A stretch of 64,000 bases of DNA from Trueperaceae bacterium (GCA_965214405.1 OZ243956.1:704001-768000); one strand, 5' to 3'; positions 41,099 through 51,304 are shown, numbered from the stretch's first letter. Notes: generated by a model from the letters alone, not told the origin. A program made the numbers and translations.

Positions 41099-41401
41099 TT
41101 ATCCGGCGAGTAGAGCGCGGGTTTCGCCCCGGCAGTACAGCTCGCTTCCGACCGGGACGTCCGCCTTTTCCGCCTTTAACATCACGGTGACGGCCCAGAG
41201 GCTGCCCCCGCCAGACAGCCGGAAGTGCATCGGCTGGAAGCCCGCCTCAAACTCGGCGCGGCTCCCGTCGGGTCTCACAAGCAGCACCGGCTCCGCAAAC
41301 GAGCGAAACCGCCCCTCCGGCGGCAGCGGAAAGTCTGGATAGAGGACCACGCCCCGCCCGGCGATAAGAAAGCGAGCTTCAACGTCGAGCAGCTTCACCA
41401 T
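41099..41401 (-). CDS. Hypothetical protein (small beta-rich domain)
   Basis: 100-aa ORF, F.IAGRGVVL...VPVGSEL pattern; directly follows the SUKH-like gene. Confidence 0.6.
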   Translation of the reverse strand: MVKLLDVEARFLIAGRGVVLYPDFPLPPEGRFRSFAEPVLLVRPDGSRAEFEAGFQPMHFRLSGGGSLWAVTVMLKAEKADVPVGSELYCRGETRALLAG

Positions 41402-41414
41402 GATCTAGTGGGGT

Positions 41415-41945
41415 CTAGCGGCCCGGCCGGTCATTACCGTCATGACTCTGTCGGCATGACTCCGCCGGGTCGCCGTAAATCATGTGCTTTAAGAGCCCGA
41501 CCAGCGAGCGGTCGCGGTTGAGCGGGACGCCGTCGCCCAGGAGGAGGAGACGGAACTCGCCGGTCTCGAGGTCGAAAACCTGCTCGGCGCTGTTGCCGTC
41601 GTATCCGAGCAGGAGGTACGTGGGGGTCCGCGGCATCTTTAGCGGCTCGTAGCGGATTTCGAAGTGTCCCTGAGCGTTTGTGCCTGACGTTGACCGCATA
41701 AACCAGATCACCGCGTTCTGCTCGCCGATTTCCCGGAGCGGCGACAGATAGCCGCGCTGCGTTTCGATCCCGTTGGTGACGCGCAAGAGCCGCAAGTAGT
41801 CTTCGGGAATCATGAGCTCGAGCTCGCGACGAATCCTCTCAGCCGTTCCGCTCAGTTCGTCCTCCGGTAGCGGCGGCTTCAGATAAACGCCGAGCTGATC
41901 GGCTTTGGATGCCACACGTTCTAAAAACCCCTCGACGGTCTCCAC
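41415..41945 (-). CDS. SMI1/KNR4 (SUKH)-like immunity protein
   Basis: GTG 41945 with GAGGGG RBS; PP...E.......LELMIPEDYLRLLRVTNG pattern. Confidence 0.7.
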   Translation of the reverse strand: METVEGFLERVASKADQLGVYLKPPLPEDELSGTAERIRRELELMIPEDYLRLLRVTNGIETQRGYLSPLREIGEQNAVIWFMRSTSGTNAQGHFEIRYEPLKMPRTPTYLLLGYDGNSAEQVFDLETGEFRLLLLGDGVPLNRDRSLVGLLKHMIYGDPAESCRQSHDGNDRPGR

Positions 41946-42079
41946 AGGCTTTCCCCTCTCGAGCAGTATACAAAGACGCGCAAGGCTGAGCGTGCAAAGG
42001 CGGAATGGGAGCGACAAAACCCGCCGACGCCTAGACGGGGAAGAAAGCACCAGCCCATCCTCGTCCGCGAGAAACACCG

Positions 42080-42496
42080 TCAGCCCTGGATGTGGCGTAC
42101 CTCGCTCACGCGACCATCGGTGCCAAAGGTGATCAATACGCTGTCGCAATCAATGATGTTGTAGCCGAGCGCGTACTTGAGCGTCGCCGCGTCTTCACCG
42201 TCCGGCGGGCCGAGCAAGGTCAGCACCTCGGCCTTGGTCGGGCGTTCGCGCAGCAGCTTGTCTGAAAGCTCCCTGTACATACCCAGGCGCGGATTACTTG
42301 CGCATCCCATCGTCGACTGCCGCCAGAGCGCGGCGTCGAAACTTCGGACGCCGCCGCCGGGAAAGTCCCTGAGCATGAAAAATCCGATAGCAGAGACAAA
42401 AACAAACAACAGCGCGCCACTCATAACGAGGCCACCCATCAGCAGGAGCCACGGCGAGCGGCGGCGCGGTTTCGTCTCCCGAGGTTTGTCCTGCAC
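42080..42496 (-). CDS. Hypothetical membrane-anchored protein
   Basis: GAGGAGG RBS, one TM helix, T..EV..LLG.PD motif. Confidence 0.65.
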   Translation of the reverse strand: MQDKPRETKPRRRSPWLLLMGGLVMSGALLFVFVSAIGFFMLRDFPGGGVRSFDAALWRQSTMGCASNPRLGMYRELSDKLLRERPTKAEVLTLLGPPDGEDAATLKYALGYNIIDCDSVLITFGTDGRVSEVRHIQG

Positions 42497-43047
42497 TGTG
42501 CCCCTCCTCTTGCAGCGTCTCTACCGCCGAAGTATAAGATCATGCCCCGTGGGGATTTGCTGAACATAAAGAGAGGCGGCGTGAGGCTCGAGCGGCACCA
42601 GCCGGAGCGTGGGGCTACAGACGACCGGGTGCAACACTGTTAGCCCGCCTCTGATGATTTTCGGTCTAACGACTGAACCAAAACACCAGCCGGACGTGCG
42701 AGAGGTCGCCATATTGCGTGAGTCTATCAAAAAGCTCGAGAACACCCTCCCCAACCAGAGCGGCGTGGGTGTCGGTCCAGCGGACGATCACACCGTCACG
42801 CTCGAGCGCAGCATAGCCCTTTTGAACGTCTTTCGGTCAATCAGCCGCCACGCCTCTATGACCACGCCTATACGAGAGGATGAAGTAGCTACTGCACAAG
42901 AGATGGTCGTCGAAGCCGAAAAGGCACGACTTTTTCGCAACATACCCCAGCTACCCGCTTTAGCAAAGACGGTTTTTGTAACAAGGCACCCGTGTAAGAA
43001 TTTTGCAAGACTTCTTCGACTAGAGTGGCGTCTAAGGAGACCGCACC

Positions 43048-44811
43048 TTGTTGGACGCCGGAACAGCCCCCCCACCCAACCACGCCTTTAGCGCCGCCGA
43101 AGTGGACGCGCTCATCAGCCGCGCCTGGGAGGTGCGCTTCAGCGACGCGGAGGGGGCGCTCGCGCTCTGCGAAAGGGCGCTCGAGGAGGCTCGGAGGCTG
43201 AGTTGCCAAACGGGCGTGGCGCTCAGCCTCTACGTCAGGAGCAACCTGTTTTTACGGCTCTCGAACCCGCAAGGCGCACTCAAGGACGCGTTGGCGGCGC
43301 TGCCGCATTTCGAGAGGCTGGGCGACGGGCGGAGAACCCAGAACACCCTGAATATGCTCGGCCTCATCAGCTCCGAACTGGGCGAACTCAACGAGGCGCT
43401 TCACTACTATCTCGCCAGGTATCACCTTTGCGAGGGACGCGGCGACGAAGACGAGGCCGAAGCGCTCCAGAACTTGGGCTACATCCACGACTACCTGGGC
43501 AACCACGCGGACTCGCTCGCTTACAACCTCAAGAGCTGGAAGCTCTGCACCGCCTCCGGCAACCGTGACGGGGAAACGCGGCTCCTTAACAACATCGGCT
43601 ACAGCTACTACCGGCTGGGCCGGTTTGAGGCGGCGCTCGAGCATTACCGCAAGGCCCTGGGCCTAAACGGGGCCGACGAAAACCTCCACGCCCTCTTGTT
43701 AGACAACATGGCGCTCGCGTTCGAAAAGCTCGGCGACGTTGCAGACGCGCTCGCCTATCAGCAGCAAAGCCTGAGCTTCCGCGAAGCGCAGGGCGACAAG
43801 CGGGGCGTCTCCTACTCGCTCGGTAGCCTGGGCTCCATCCATAAAGCGCTGGGAGAAGAGAACAAAGCGCAGGCCTGTCTCGAGCGGAGTCTGGCGCTCA
43901 AAAAGGCGCTGGGCGACCAGAAGGGCGAGGCGGAGACGCTTCTGCTCTTGGGCGGGCTGTTCTTGGACCAAGAGCAGCCGAGCCAGGCCCTGCCCCTGTT
44001 GCAGGGCGCGCTCGCAGCCGCCGTGCGGAGCGGGAGTCAGGACAACATCTACGGCGCGCACAAGAGGCTTTTCGAGGCGTTCAAGCGCAGCGGGCGGCTG
44101 GCCGAGGCGCTGGCGCATCACGAGCGCTACTGCGAGGTGAAAGAGCGCGTGGTTAACGAGGCCTCGAGCCGCGCCTTGGGAAGCCTGCGGGTGCAGTTCG
44201 AGACCGAGCAGGCCGAGCGCGAGCGCGAAATCTACCGCCTCAAGAACGTGGAGCTCGCCCACGCCAACAAAGAGCTAAAGGCGCTCAACGAGCAGGCGAC
44301 GGAGCTGCTCGCGCAGCTCGAGCGTCAGACCAAAGAGGACGCGCTAACAGGCCTTTTTAACCGCCGCCACGCCGACGCGCGGCGGCGCGAGGAGTTCTCA
44401 CGGGCGCGCCGCTTCGGCCACGCGCTGAGCGTCGCGCTTTGCGACATCGACAACTTCAAACGCGTCAACGATACCTTTTCGCACGCCGTGGGCGACGAGG
44501 TGCTAAGGATTGTGGCGCGGCTTTTCAGGGAACACCTGCGCGAGGTCGACACCGCCGCGCGTTACGGCGGCGAGGAGTTCGTGCTGCTCTTTCCGGAAAC
44601 CGCCGCGCGAGGCGCCTGTACCGCCCTCGACGAACTCCGCCGAGGGGTCGCGGCCTATTCCTGGGACACGGTGGCCCCCGGCCTTACGGTCACGCTCAGT
44701 ATCGGGCTGTCAGACGATACGAGCGTGCCCGACCACGAAAAACTGGTGGCGCTGGCGGACGCTAAGCTTTACGAGGCCAAGCGCTCGGGCAAAAATCAAG
44801 TGAGGGCTTAG
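43048..44811 (+). CDS. TPR + GGDEF diguanylate cyclase
   Basis: TPR repeats, DALTGLFNRR, DIDNFK.VND, I-site REVD, RYGGEEF. Confidence 0.92.
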   Translation: MLDAGTAPPPNHAFSAAEVDALISRAWEVRFSDAEGALALCERALEEARRLSCQTGVALSLYVRSNLFLRLSNPQGALKDALAALPHFERLGDGRRTQNTLNMLGLISSELGELNEALHYYLARYHLCEGRGDEDEAEALQNLGYIHDYLGNHADSLAYNLKSWKLCTASGNRDGETRLLNNIGYSYYRLGRFEAALEHYRKALGLNGADENLHALLLDNMALAFEKLGDVADALAYQQQSLSFREAQGDKRGVSYSLGSLGSIHKALGEENKAQACLERSLALKKALGDQKGEAETLLLLGGLFLDQEQPSQALPLLQGALAAAVRSGSQDNIYGAHKRLFEAFKRSGRLAEALAHHERYCEVKERVVNEASSRALGSLRVQFETEQAEREREIYRLKNVELAHANKELKALNEQATELLAQLERQTKEDALTGLFNRRHADARRREEFSRARRFGHALSVALCDIDNFKRVNDTFSHAVGDEVLRIVARLFREHLREVDTAARYGGEEFVLLFPETAARGACTALDELRRGVAAYSWDTVAPGLTVTLSIGLSDDTSVPDHEKLVALADAKLYEAKRSGKNQVRA

Positions 44812-45153
44812 GTGCCGGGGGTAAGCAGGGGTTTAGGCGACCGAGGGTGCGGGGTCGCCTTGGATGGTTAATTTCGTGACCCGCTTGCCGCATTCCCCTC
44901 CAATCAGGCGGTCTACGACCTTCAGCTTCTACCGACACGCAGAGGCGAGGGCGGTATAGCGATTTTCACGGTCACTTAAGCGAATAGAGCGCAGGTATAG
45001 GTATTCCTTCCATCCTTTACAGGGCACACACCATCTCTTGAACTACGTCCTACACGGTAATTGACAGACTGAACCCCACCCAAACCAGGGTACTGCCTGC
45101 TACCATGCTATTGGTTACGGGCGAAATAAACACCACCGGCTGACCTTGGCTGC

Positions 45154-45399
45154 TCACACCCGCTCGAGTATCTCGCTCACGTCGAGCGCGTAAAGCTGCC
45201 TGCCGCTCCCCCCGTGGGCTGAATCGATGATCACGGTCCGGCCGTCTTGACTCGAGCGCGGGTGCAGGTCGCAACGCCACTCGCCCGTATAAACCTCAGG
45301 CGCATAAAAACGCCCAAGCTCCACGCGCTTTTGGCTCGGCACATGGTACAGATAAAGCTCCTGAAAACGGTCTTTTGGCGGGTGATACCAACTGCCCAA
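45154..45399 (-). pseudogene. C-terminal fragment of a TolB/oligogalacturonate-lyase-like beta-propeller
   Basis: RCDLHPR.S.DG..V.IDS.H.G.GRQLY; no upstream coding portion. Confidence 0.55.
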
Positions 45400-45894
45400 C
45401 CAAATGCCATAAATGGCTTGTCATAGTCGGTCGCTCTGAACGTACTTTTGTTCGAACGGTTCATGGCCTTTCAACTGGCGCTTGGTATAAGCGGCAATCG
45501 GCGTTTATTAGGTCTAGCAAGAAAAGTGCTAAAGCGTCAATGACCTGACGGCTCGAGGAGGACGTGTTTTGTCAGACCTGCTTACTCACTGGGCGGTATA
45601 CGAAGACTGCCGACGGTTGACCCCGCTGGCCGGTGGCGTCGAGCCGCTTTTCGAAGAGCTTATCGAGACAGAGAGAGTACGCGCGGCTAGGCGCCATCAC
45701 GCGTGGCGGCAACCGCTGGATGACCAGCATTTTAGAACGTGCTTATGACAACTGGGGGCATCAGGAACAGGAGTCCCGTCTGGGTCAAAAGGTCGCCTTT
45801 AGCCTTGGCGGCCTCACCCACCAGGCGTGTGACAACCTGATGAATCCCCTTATGAAGCGGCGCGCCGACTCGAAGCGGGAGATATCGGCCTACT

Positions 45895-47024
45895 CTCAGT
45901 ACACGACAGATTTGAAATAAAGGGCTCTCCAGTGAAGAATGGATGTTGCGAGACACCACTTCAAGGGAGAGCATATGAAGCATACCGGGTTGCTGGCACA
46001 GTTGAAAGCGAGCGGCTTAAAGCTGCACCCGTCACGGCTTAAGTTCTTGAGCTTGTTGATGATCGCGATGGTGCAGGCAAAGACGGTGAACTTGGCGACG
46101 TTGGTAGGCATGATGGAGGGCAGAGCCCAGCCGGACTCGCTTTACAGACGGGCGCAACGGTTTTTCCAAGGCTTGCACTTGGCCGATGAGACAGTTTTCA
46201 GGTACGCGCTGAGTCTAGGTCCCAAGCGAAGCTACAGCCTGTGCCTAGACCGGACGAACTGGAAGTTTGGCAAACTCGACATCAACATCTTGACCCTGGC
46301 TTATGCGCATGAGGGCGTAGCGGTTCCCTTACTGTGGTGTCTTTTGCCCAAGGCTGGCAACTCCGCCACGCAAGAACGCATTACGCTTTTGGAGCGTTTG
46401 CTAAAACTTTTGCCCGTAGACCAGCTAGAGGTGCTGCTAGCCGATAGGGAGTTCATCGGGGGCGACTGGTTCGCTTATCTTGAGCGTAAGCACATCCCTT
46501 TCGTTATCCGCGTGCGTAAAGACGCTCTCGGTGATGGCTGGTTTCATCTGTTCGGCTTTTTCCAGCATCTACCTGTGGGTGAGCACAAGGTACTTAAACA
46601 GCGCTACACTGTCTTTGGTGTTGAGCTTGGGGTTGCAGGCGCGCGTTTAGAGGGTGGAGAATACATCATCGTCGTCACCAACCGCAATCCTAAGCAGGCC
46701 CTCGCAAGCTACGCGAAGCGCTGGCAGATAGAATGCTTGTTCAAAGCCTTGAAAAGCAGCGGCTTTGACTTTGAAGCTACGCATCTCAAGCACCTAGAGC
46801 GCATTAACACCTTACTTGTCGTTGTGACCCTGGCTTTCTTATGGGCCTTGAAAGTCGGAGCATTTGTTCACCGTCAGCTCAAACCTGTTCGAATGAAGTC
46901 GCACGGGCGCAAGCAGAAGTCTTTATTCCGGGCAGGCTTAGACCATCTCAGGCATCTGCTCACCAACTCGGCAACCAAAAAGCCTGACCTGGACCGCTGT
47001 TTTCGGCTTTTGTCGTGTACTTAG
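45895..47024 (+). mobile_element. IS4-family insertion sequence (IS10-like ends), 1130 bp
   Basis: IRs CTCAGTACACGACA / TGTCGTGTACTTAG (13/14 match); 9-bp TSD CGGCCTACT at 45886-45894 and 47025-47033. Confidence 0.95.
45939..47024 (+). CDS. IS4-family DDE transposase
   Basis: LDRTNW, LADREF, YAKRWQIECLFKALK (YREK motif); stop codon lies in the right IR. Confidence 0.93.
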   Translation: MDVARHHFKGEHMKHTGLLAQLKASGLKLHPSRLKFLSLLMIAMVQAKTVNLATLVGMMEGRAQPDSLYRRAQRFFQGLHLADETVFRYALSLGPKRSYSLCLDRTNWKFGKLDINILTLAYAHEGVAVPLLWCLLPKAGNSATQERITLLERLLKLLPVDQLEVLLADREFIGGDWFAYLERKHIPFVIRVRKDALGDGWFHLFGFFQHLPVGEHKVLKQRYTVFGVELGVAGARLEGGEYIIVVTNRNPKQALASYAKRWQIECLFKALKSSGFDFEATHLKHLERINTLLVVVTLAFLWALKVGAFVHRQLKPVRMKSHGRKQKSLFRAGLDHLRHLLTNSATKKPDLDRCFRLLSCT

Positions 47025-47359
47025 CGGCCTACTACGACACCCACGTCTTTCGGCAGGTTTACTTGAACGGCGGGGCGGAGCCCTTCAACCGCTTTTTGGT
47101 GGCGGATAATGACACAGCGCCCGGTCAAGCGCTCGAGGCTTTCGTGCGTTCCCTCTTTCAGCGGGCGCTCCTCTCGAGCCACACCATTAAACCCGACTTT
47201 GACGATATCGACGCGTGGCTGGACCGCTTGTTCGGCGCGGTGCAGTCCTTAAAGCTCCCCAATTGGGGAGCCTTTATAGCATCTGTTTTTAACGTCGGCG
47301 CACTCACGCTTCTGAAAACTTACTCATGACGACGCGTTTCGAATACCCGCGCACGGACC

Positions 47360-48244
47360 TCAAGCGGGTTTCGACGGGTCGGCGTAGGCCACACAGTAGT
47401 TTGCAAAGTCGCGCGTCGCTTTGACCTCGCTACGATCGGCGGGTCGGGAGGCCTGAGCGTCGTCTCCTTTTCGTAACGCCTGAGCGCGCGCAATCAGCCC
47501 GCGCCAAGCTGGACTCAGCGCCTCTTGCGCCCAGCTCATGGCGACCTTTTTTGACGCCACCTCGCCCGTGTGGAGCGTGTGCAGAATGCGGCAGAACAGG
47601 CCGACCCAAAAGGCTTGCCAGGCGAACACGGGCATGGGCAGGCCGGTGGCGAGAGAGCGATCGAGGGTGAGGCGAACCTCCGCCCGCAAGGCCGCAGCAG
47701 GCACGGGGTCGATGAGGTCTCGAGGGTCCGGCCCGGCCAAAACGACGCCCTTCTCGCGCAGGCACCAGCGCACCACCTGGGTGTTGTCGTGCTCCGAGCG
47801 CACGAGCACCTTTGACCCGTGGTCGAGATACCAGAAGGGGTAGGCCAGCGGCGGGCTGCCCAAGGTGCCGGGATCAGCCCAGTTATCAAGCCTCGGCTCC
47901 CCGGGCGGGTCGCGCGGGGTGGTCGACCAGCGGCGCAGGATGGCCGCGGGGGCGTAGGACCCTTCCAGCCCGGTGCGCCAGTAGGCGTAGGGCAGCTCGT
48001 GAATCTGCGCGTGTAGCCGCCCGAGCGCCTGCAACTCCCCAAACGCAAGGTCGCTGCGGGTGACGACCACGAAGTCGCAGTCGCTGTACTCGCTGTAGTC
48101 GCCCACGGCGAAAGAGCCTTGCAAATAGGCCCCGACGAAGTTACTTTTCAACGCCGCGGTCACGCCTGTGAGCAGATACGAGAGGACGGCGTTGAGCTCG
48201 GGGTAGGGCGTCGGTTCACGCGGGGGCGGCGGTGAATCCGTCAT
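47360..48244 (-). CDS. Aminoglycoside adenylyltransferase-like nucleotidyltransferase (DUF4111 C-terminus)
   Basis: GAYLQGS...SDCDFVVV; CRILHTL.TG.V.SK..A..WA. Confidence 0.75.
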   Translation of the reverse strand: MTDSPPPPREPTPYPELNAVLSYLLTGVTAALKSNFVGAYLQGSFAVGDYSEYSDCDFVVVTRSDLAFGELQALGRLHAQIHELPYAYWRTGLEGSYAPAAILRRWSTTPRDPPGEPRLDNWADPGTLGSPPLAYPFWYLDHGSKVLVRSEHDNTQVVRWCLREKGVVLAGPDPRDLIDPVPAAALRAEVRLTLDRSLATGLPMPVFAWQAFWVGLFCRILHTLHTGEVASKKVAMSWAQEALSPAWRGLIARAQALRKGDDAQASRPADRSEVKATRDFANYCVAYADPSKPA

Positions 48245-48647
48245 GCCGATTCCGAAACCGGAGCGCGTCGTGGGCGGCGCTGAGGGAGCTGCGCGCTCGG
48301 CCCGCTAAGTCCCGAAGCCGCTCGAGACGTCTCACCGCGAAAACCTAATGCCACGTCCCTATCTAAGCGCGCTCGGCGGGGACTGTCAAGGTGCGAGAGG
48401 GCGCGCGAACGCGGTATTGCTCGTGGGGATAGAAAAGGAGAAACGGAGAAGCAAACCGGCGTATCAATAAGCTAAACTGGGAAGCCAAAGCAAGAGCGGG
48501 AACGGCTACCGCGCCCTTTTCGAAGCTGAAAGGCGATGCTGGTACCCCGGCCTAATGAGAGGCTTTTTCGGAATGCTGCGGACACACGTGTGGCGTAGCC
48601 GGGCGGGGTAAGAAGCCTGTCAGAAAGGTCGTGCTAGGGTCTAAGCC

Positions 48648-51254
48648 ATGACGATGCTTGTGCCGAGCGCGGCTCACTCAACGATAACGTCCAGCAGCCC
48701 GTCCGAACCGCTGGAGCAGCCTCTAGACGGGACCATCCTCGAGCACCTGCCGGGCCTATTCCTCCTCCTTGACGCGCGGGGACGGTTGTTGCGCTGGAAC
48801 AAAAACGTAGTGCGGGCCTTGGGCTACGAAGAAGCGGAACTGGTCGCAACACCATTCTTGGGGCTCTTCACTGAGAGCCGCGCTGAACTCCAAAGGGCTG
48901 TAGGAAAGGCTTCCGCAGGAGGGGCCGCTTCGCTCGAGGCCCTTCTGCTGGCGAAAGACGGCTCCACCACCCCCTACCTCCTCACCGCTGAACGCGTTGC
49001 TGTCGGAGGTCAAGTCTATACGGCCGTTACCGGAACGGATCTAAGCGCGCGTAAAGCGGCGGAAGCGGCGCTCGCCGCGAGCGAGGCGCGCTTCCGCGCC
49101 TTTGCCGAGCGCATCGACGACGTGTTCTGGGCGTCCGACCCGGGCCAGGGGCTCAGCTACATCAGCCCCACTTTCGAGAAGGTCTGGGGGAGGTCGCTCG
49201 ACGAACTCCGCAGCAACCACCGCTTGTTTTTGGAGGGCGTCCATCCCGACGACCGGGCGGGGGTCGTCGCGGCCTTTGATAAACGCGTACAGAACGAGGG
49301 GCGAGAGCACGTTGTGGAGTACCGCGTCGTGCATCCCGACGGCGCGGTGCGCTGGCTTAGGGACCGCGCCTATCCTCTTTTGAATGAGCAGGGGGAGGTC
49401 TACCGCGTGCTGGGCGTGGCCGAGGACGTCACGGCGCGTAAAGCGGCGGAGGGGGCGCTTACCGAGCAGCGCGAGCTTTACGAGGTGATGCTCAACGCTC
49501 TGCCCGTGGAGGTGGTGCTTTTTGACGCTTCTCACCGCTACTTGTTCTGCAACCCCACCGCCATAGGGGACGATGAGGTGCGGGAATGGATCATCGGTAA
49601 GGACGACTTCGACTACTGCGCGTACCGGGGTCTCGCCCCTGCTATCGCTCAAACGAGGCGCGCGCACTTCGGGCGGGCGGTGGCGGAGCGTAAAACCGTC
49701 ACCTATGAGGAAAGCTTCGTCAACGCAGAAGGTGAACTCAGAAGCTACTGGCGCCACTTCAAACCCGTGTTCTCGCCCGAGGGCGAGCTGCAACTGGTAC
49801 TCGGCTACGGGCGCGACATCACCAAACGTAAAAGGGCCAAAGAGGAGTTGGAGGGGCTCAACCGCACCCTGGAAGCGCGGGTAAACGAGCGCACGGCGGC
49901 GCTCGCCAAGGCCAACGAGAGACTACAGTTTGAGGCTTTTCATGACGTCTTAACCGGCCTGCCCAACCGCGCGCTGTTTATGGACCGCTTGGAGCAGACT
50001 TTGGCGCGAGGGAAACGGGATAATGACTCCGCCTTTGCGGTGTTCTTCCTCGACTTTGACCGCTTCAAGGTGGTGAACGATTCGTTAGGCCACGCCGCCG
50101 GGGACGCGCTGCTCGTCGCCGTCGGAGAACGCCTCAAACAAGATTTACGCCCCGGCGACACCGTCGCCCGCTTGGGCGGAGACGAGTTCACGCTGCTCGC
50201 CCTGGACGTGAGGGGGGAGGCCGAGGCGCTGGCGCTGGCGGGGCGTCTCAAGGCGTTGTTCATCAAGCCCTTCTGCATCGAGGGCCGCGAGCTGCACATC
50301 AACGCGAGCGTGGGCATCGTGCTTAGCGAACTCGGCTACAGCAGCGCGGCGGACATCCTGCGCGACGCCGACATCGCCATGTACCGCGCCAAAGCGGCGG
50401 GCCGGGGCGAGCACGCGCTCTTTGACGCGGCCATGCGCGAGGGGGCGCGGGCGCTCATGACCCTGGAGTCCGAGTTGCGCACCGCGCTGAGAAGAGAACA
50501 GCTCGAGGTCCACTACCAACCCGTTATCGGCGCGCAAGACGGCGCGCCCTCGGGTTTCGAGGCGTTGGTGCGCTGGCGGCACCCCAGGCGCGGGCTCGTC
50601 TCACCCGCCGCGTTCATTCCCGTTGCCGAAGACGCCAGGCTGATTGCCGACGTCGGCCGCTTCGTCTTGCTCGAGGCGTGTCGGCAGACCGTACTATGGC
50701 AACGGCGGACGGGGCGGCCCCTAACCGTGAACGTCAACGTGTCGAGCCAGGAGTTCGCCCAGGCGGGGTTTGTCGACCAGGTCAAGGGGGCGCTCCGGGA
50801 GGCGGGCTTGCCCGCGCCTTGCTTACGGTTAGAACTCACCGAGACGCTGCTCATGGACGGTTCTCCGGAGGTGAAAGAGACGCTTGAGGGGCTCCGGGCG
50901 CTCGGGGTGGGTTTACAGATTGACGACTTCGGCACCGGCTACTCGTCCTTAGCCTATTTGCAACGCTTTTCGGCGGACGCGCTCAAGATAGACCGCTCAT
51001 TTGTCCATAAGCTGGAGAGCGACGAGAGCGCAGAGCTTGTTAAGACCATCGTGGCGATGGCGCACAACTTGGGGATGCAGGTGGTGGCCGAGGGGGTGGA
51101 AACAGTGGAGCAGCAAAGAACGCTGACGAACTTGGGCTGCGAGTACCTGCAAGGCTACTTGTTCTCGAAGCCGCTGGGAGCAGAGGAGGCGACGGGCTAC
51201 CTCGAGGATAGGACGGGAAGCGCGGGGGGCGGTACGGGACAGCGAGAGTTTTAG
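48648..51254 (+). CDS. PAS x3-GGDEF-EAL c-di-GMP enzyme
   Basis: PAS/PAC motifs (VHPDDR, DVTARK), RLGGDEF, FEALVRW, IDDFGTGYSSL. Confidence 0.93.
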   Translation: MTMLVPSAAHSTITSSSPSEPLEQPLDGTILEHLPGLFLLLDARGRLLRWNKNVVRALGYEEAELVATPFLGLFTESRAELQRAVGKASAGGAASLEALLLAKDGSTTPYLLTAERVAVGGQVYTAVTGTDLSARKAAEAALAASEARFRAFAERIDDVFWASDPGQGLSYISPTFEKVWGRSLDELRSNHRLFLEGVHPDDRAGVVAAFDKRVQNEGREHVVEYRVVHPDGAVRWLRDRAYPLLNEQGEVYRVLGVAEDVTARKAAEGALTEQRELYEVMLNALPVEVVLFDASHRYLFCNPTAIGDDEVREWIIGKDDFDYCAYRGLAPAIAQTRRAHFGRAVAERKTVTYEESFVNAEGELRSYWRHFKPVFSPEGELQLVLGYGRDITKRKRAKEELEGLNRTLEARVNERTAALAKANERLQFEAFHDVLTGLPNRALFMDRLEQTLARGKRDNDSAFAVFFLDFDRFKVVNDSLGHAAGDALLVAVGERLKQDLRPGDTVARLGGDEFTLLALDVRGEAEALALAGRLKALFIKPFCIEGRELHINASVGIVLSELGYSSAADILRDADIAMYRAKAAGRGEHALFDAAMREGARALMTLESELRTALRREQLEVHYQPVIGAQDGAPSGFEALVRWRHPRRGLVSPAAFIPVAEDARLIADVGRFVLLEACRQTVLWQRRTGRPLTVNVNVSSQEFAQAGFVDQVKGALREAGLPAPCLRLELTETLLMDGSPEVKETLEGLRALGVGLQIDDFGTGYSSLAYLQRFSADALKIDRSFVHKLESDESAELVKTIVAMAHNLGMQVVAEGVETVEQQRTLTNLGCEYLQGYLFSKPLGAEEATGYLEDRTGSAGGGTGQREF

Positions 51255-51304
51255 GTTTCAGTTTAGCGGTTTAGGTTCCAATGCGGTTTAGGTTTCAACG
51301 AAGG

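Larger units (their letters stand above)
45569..47329 (+). pseudogene. Zn-dependent phospholipase C-like gene, frameshifted and IS-interrupted
   Basis: GAGGAGG + TTG 45569 MSDLLTHWAVYED; frameshift in a (GA)n run near 45670-45677; AFSLGGLTHQACD; reading continues EISAY|YDTHVFRQVY across the IS. Confidence 0.6.

Noticed and set aside
44860..45130. HicAB-like remnant
   Set aside because: Several stops in every frame and no motif I can firmly assign.
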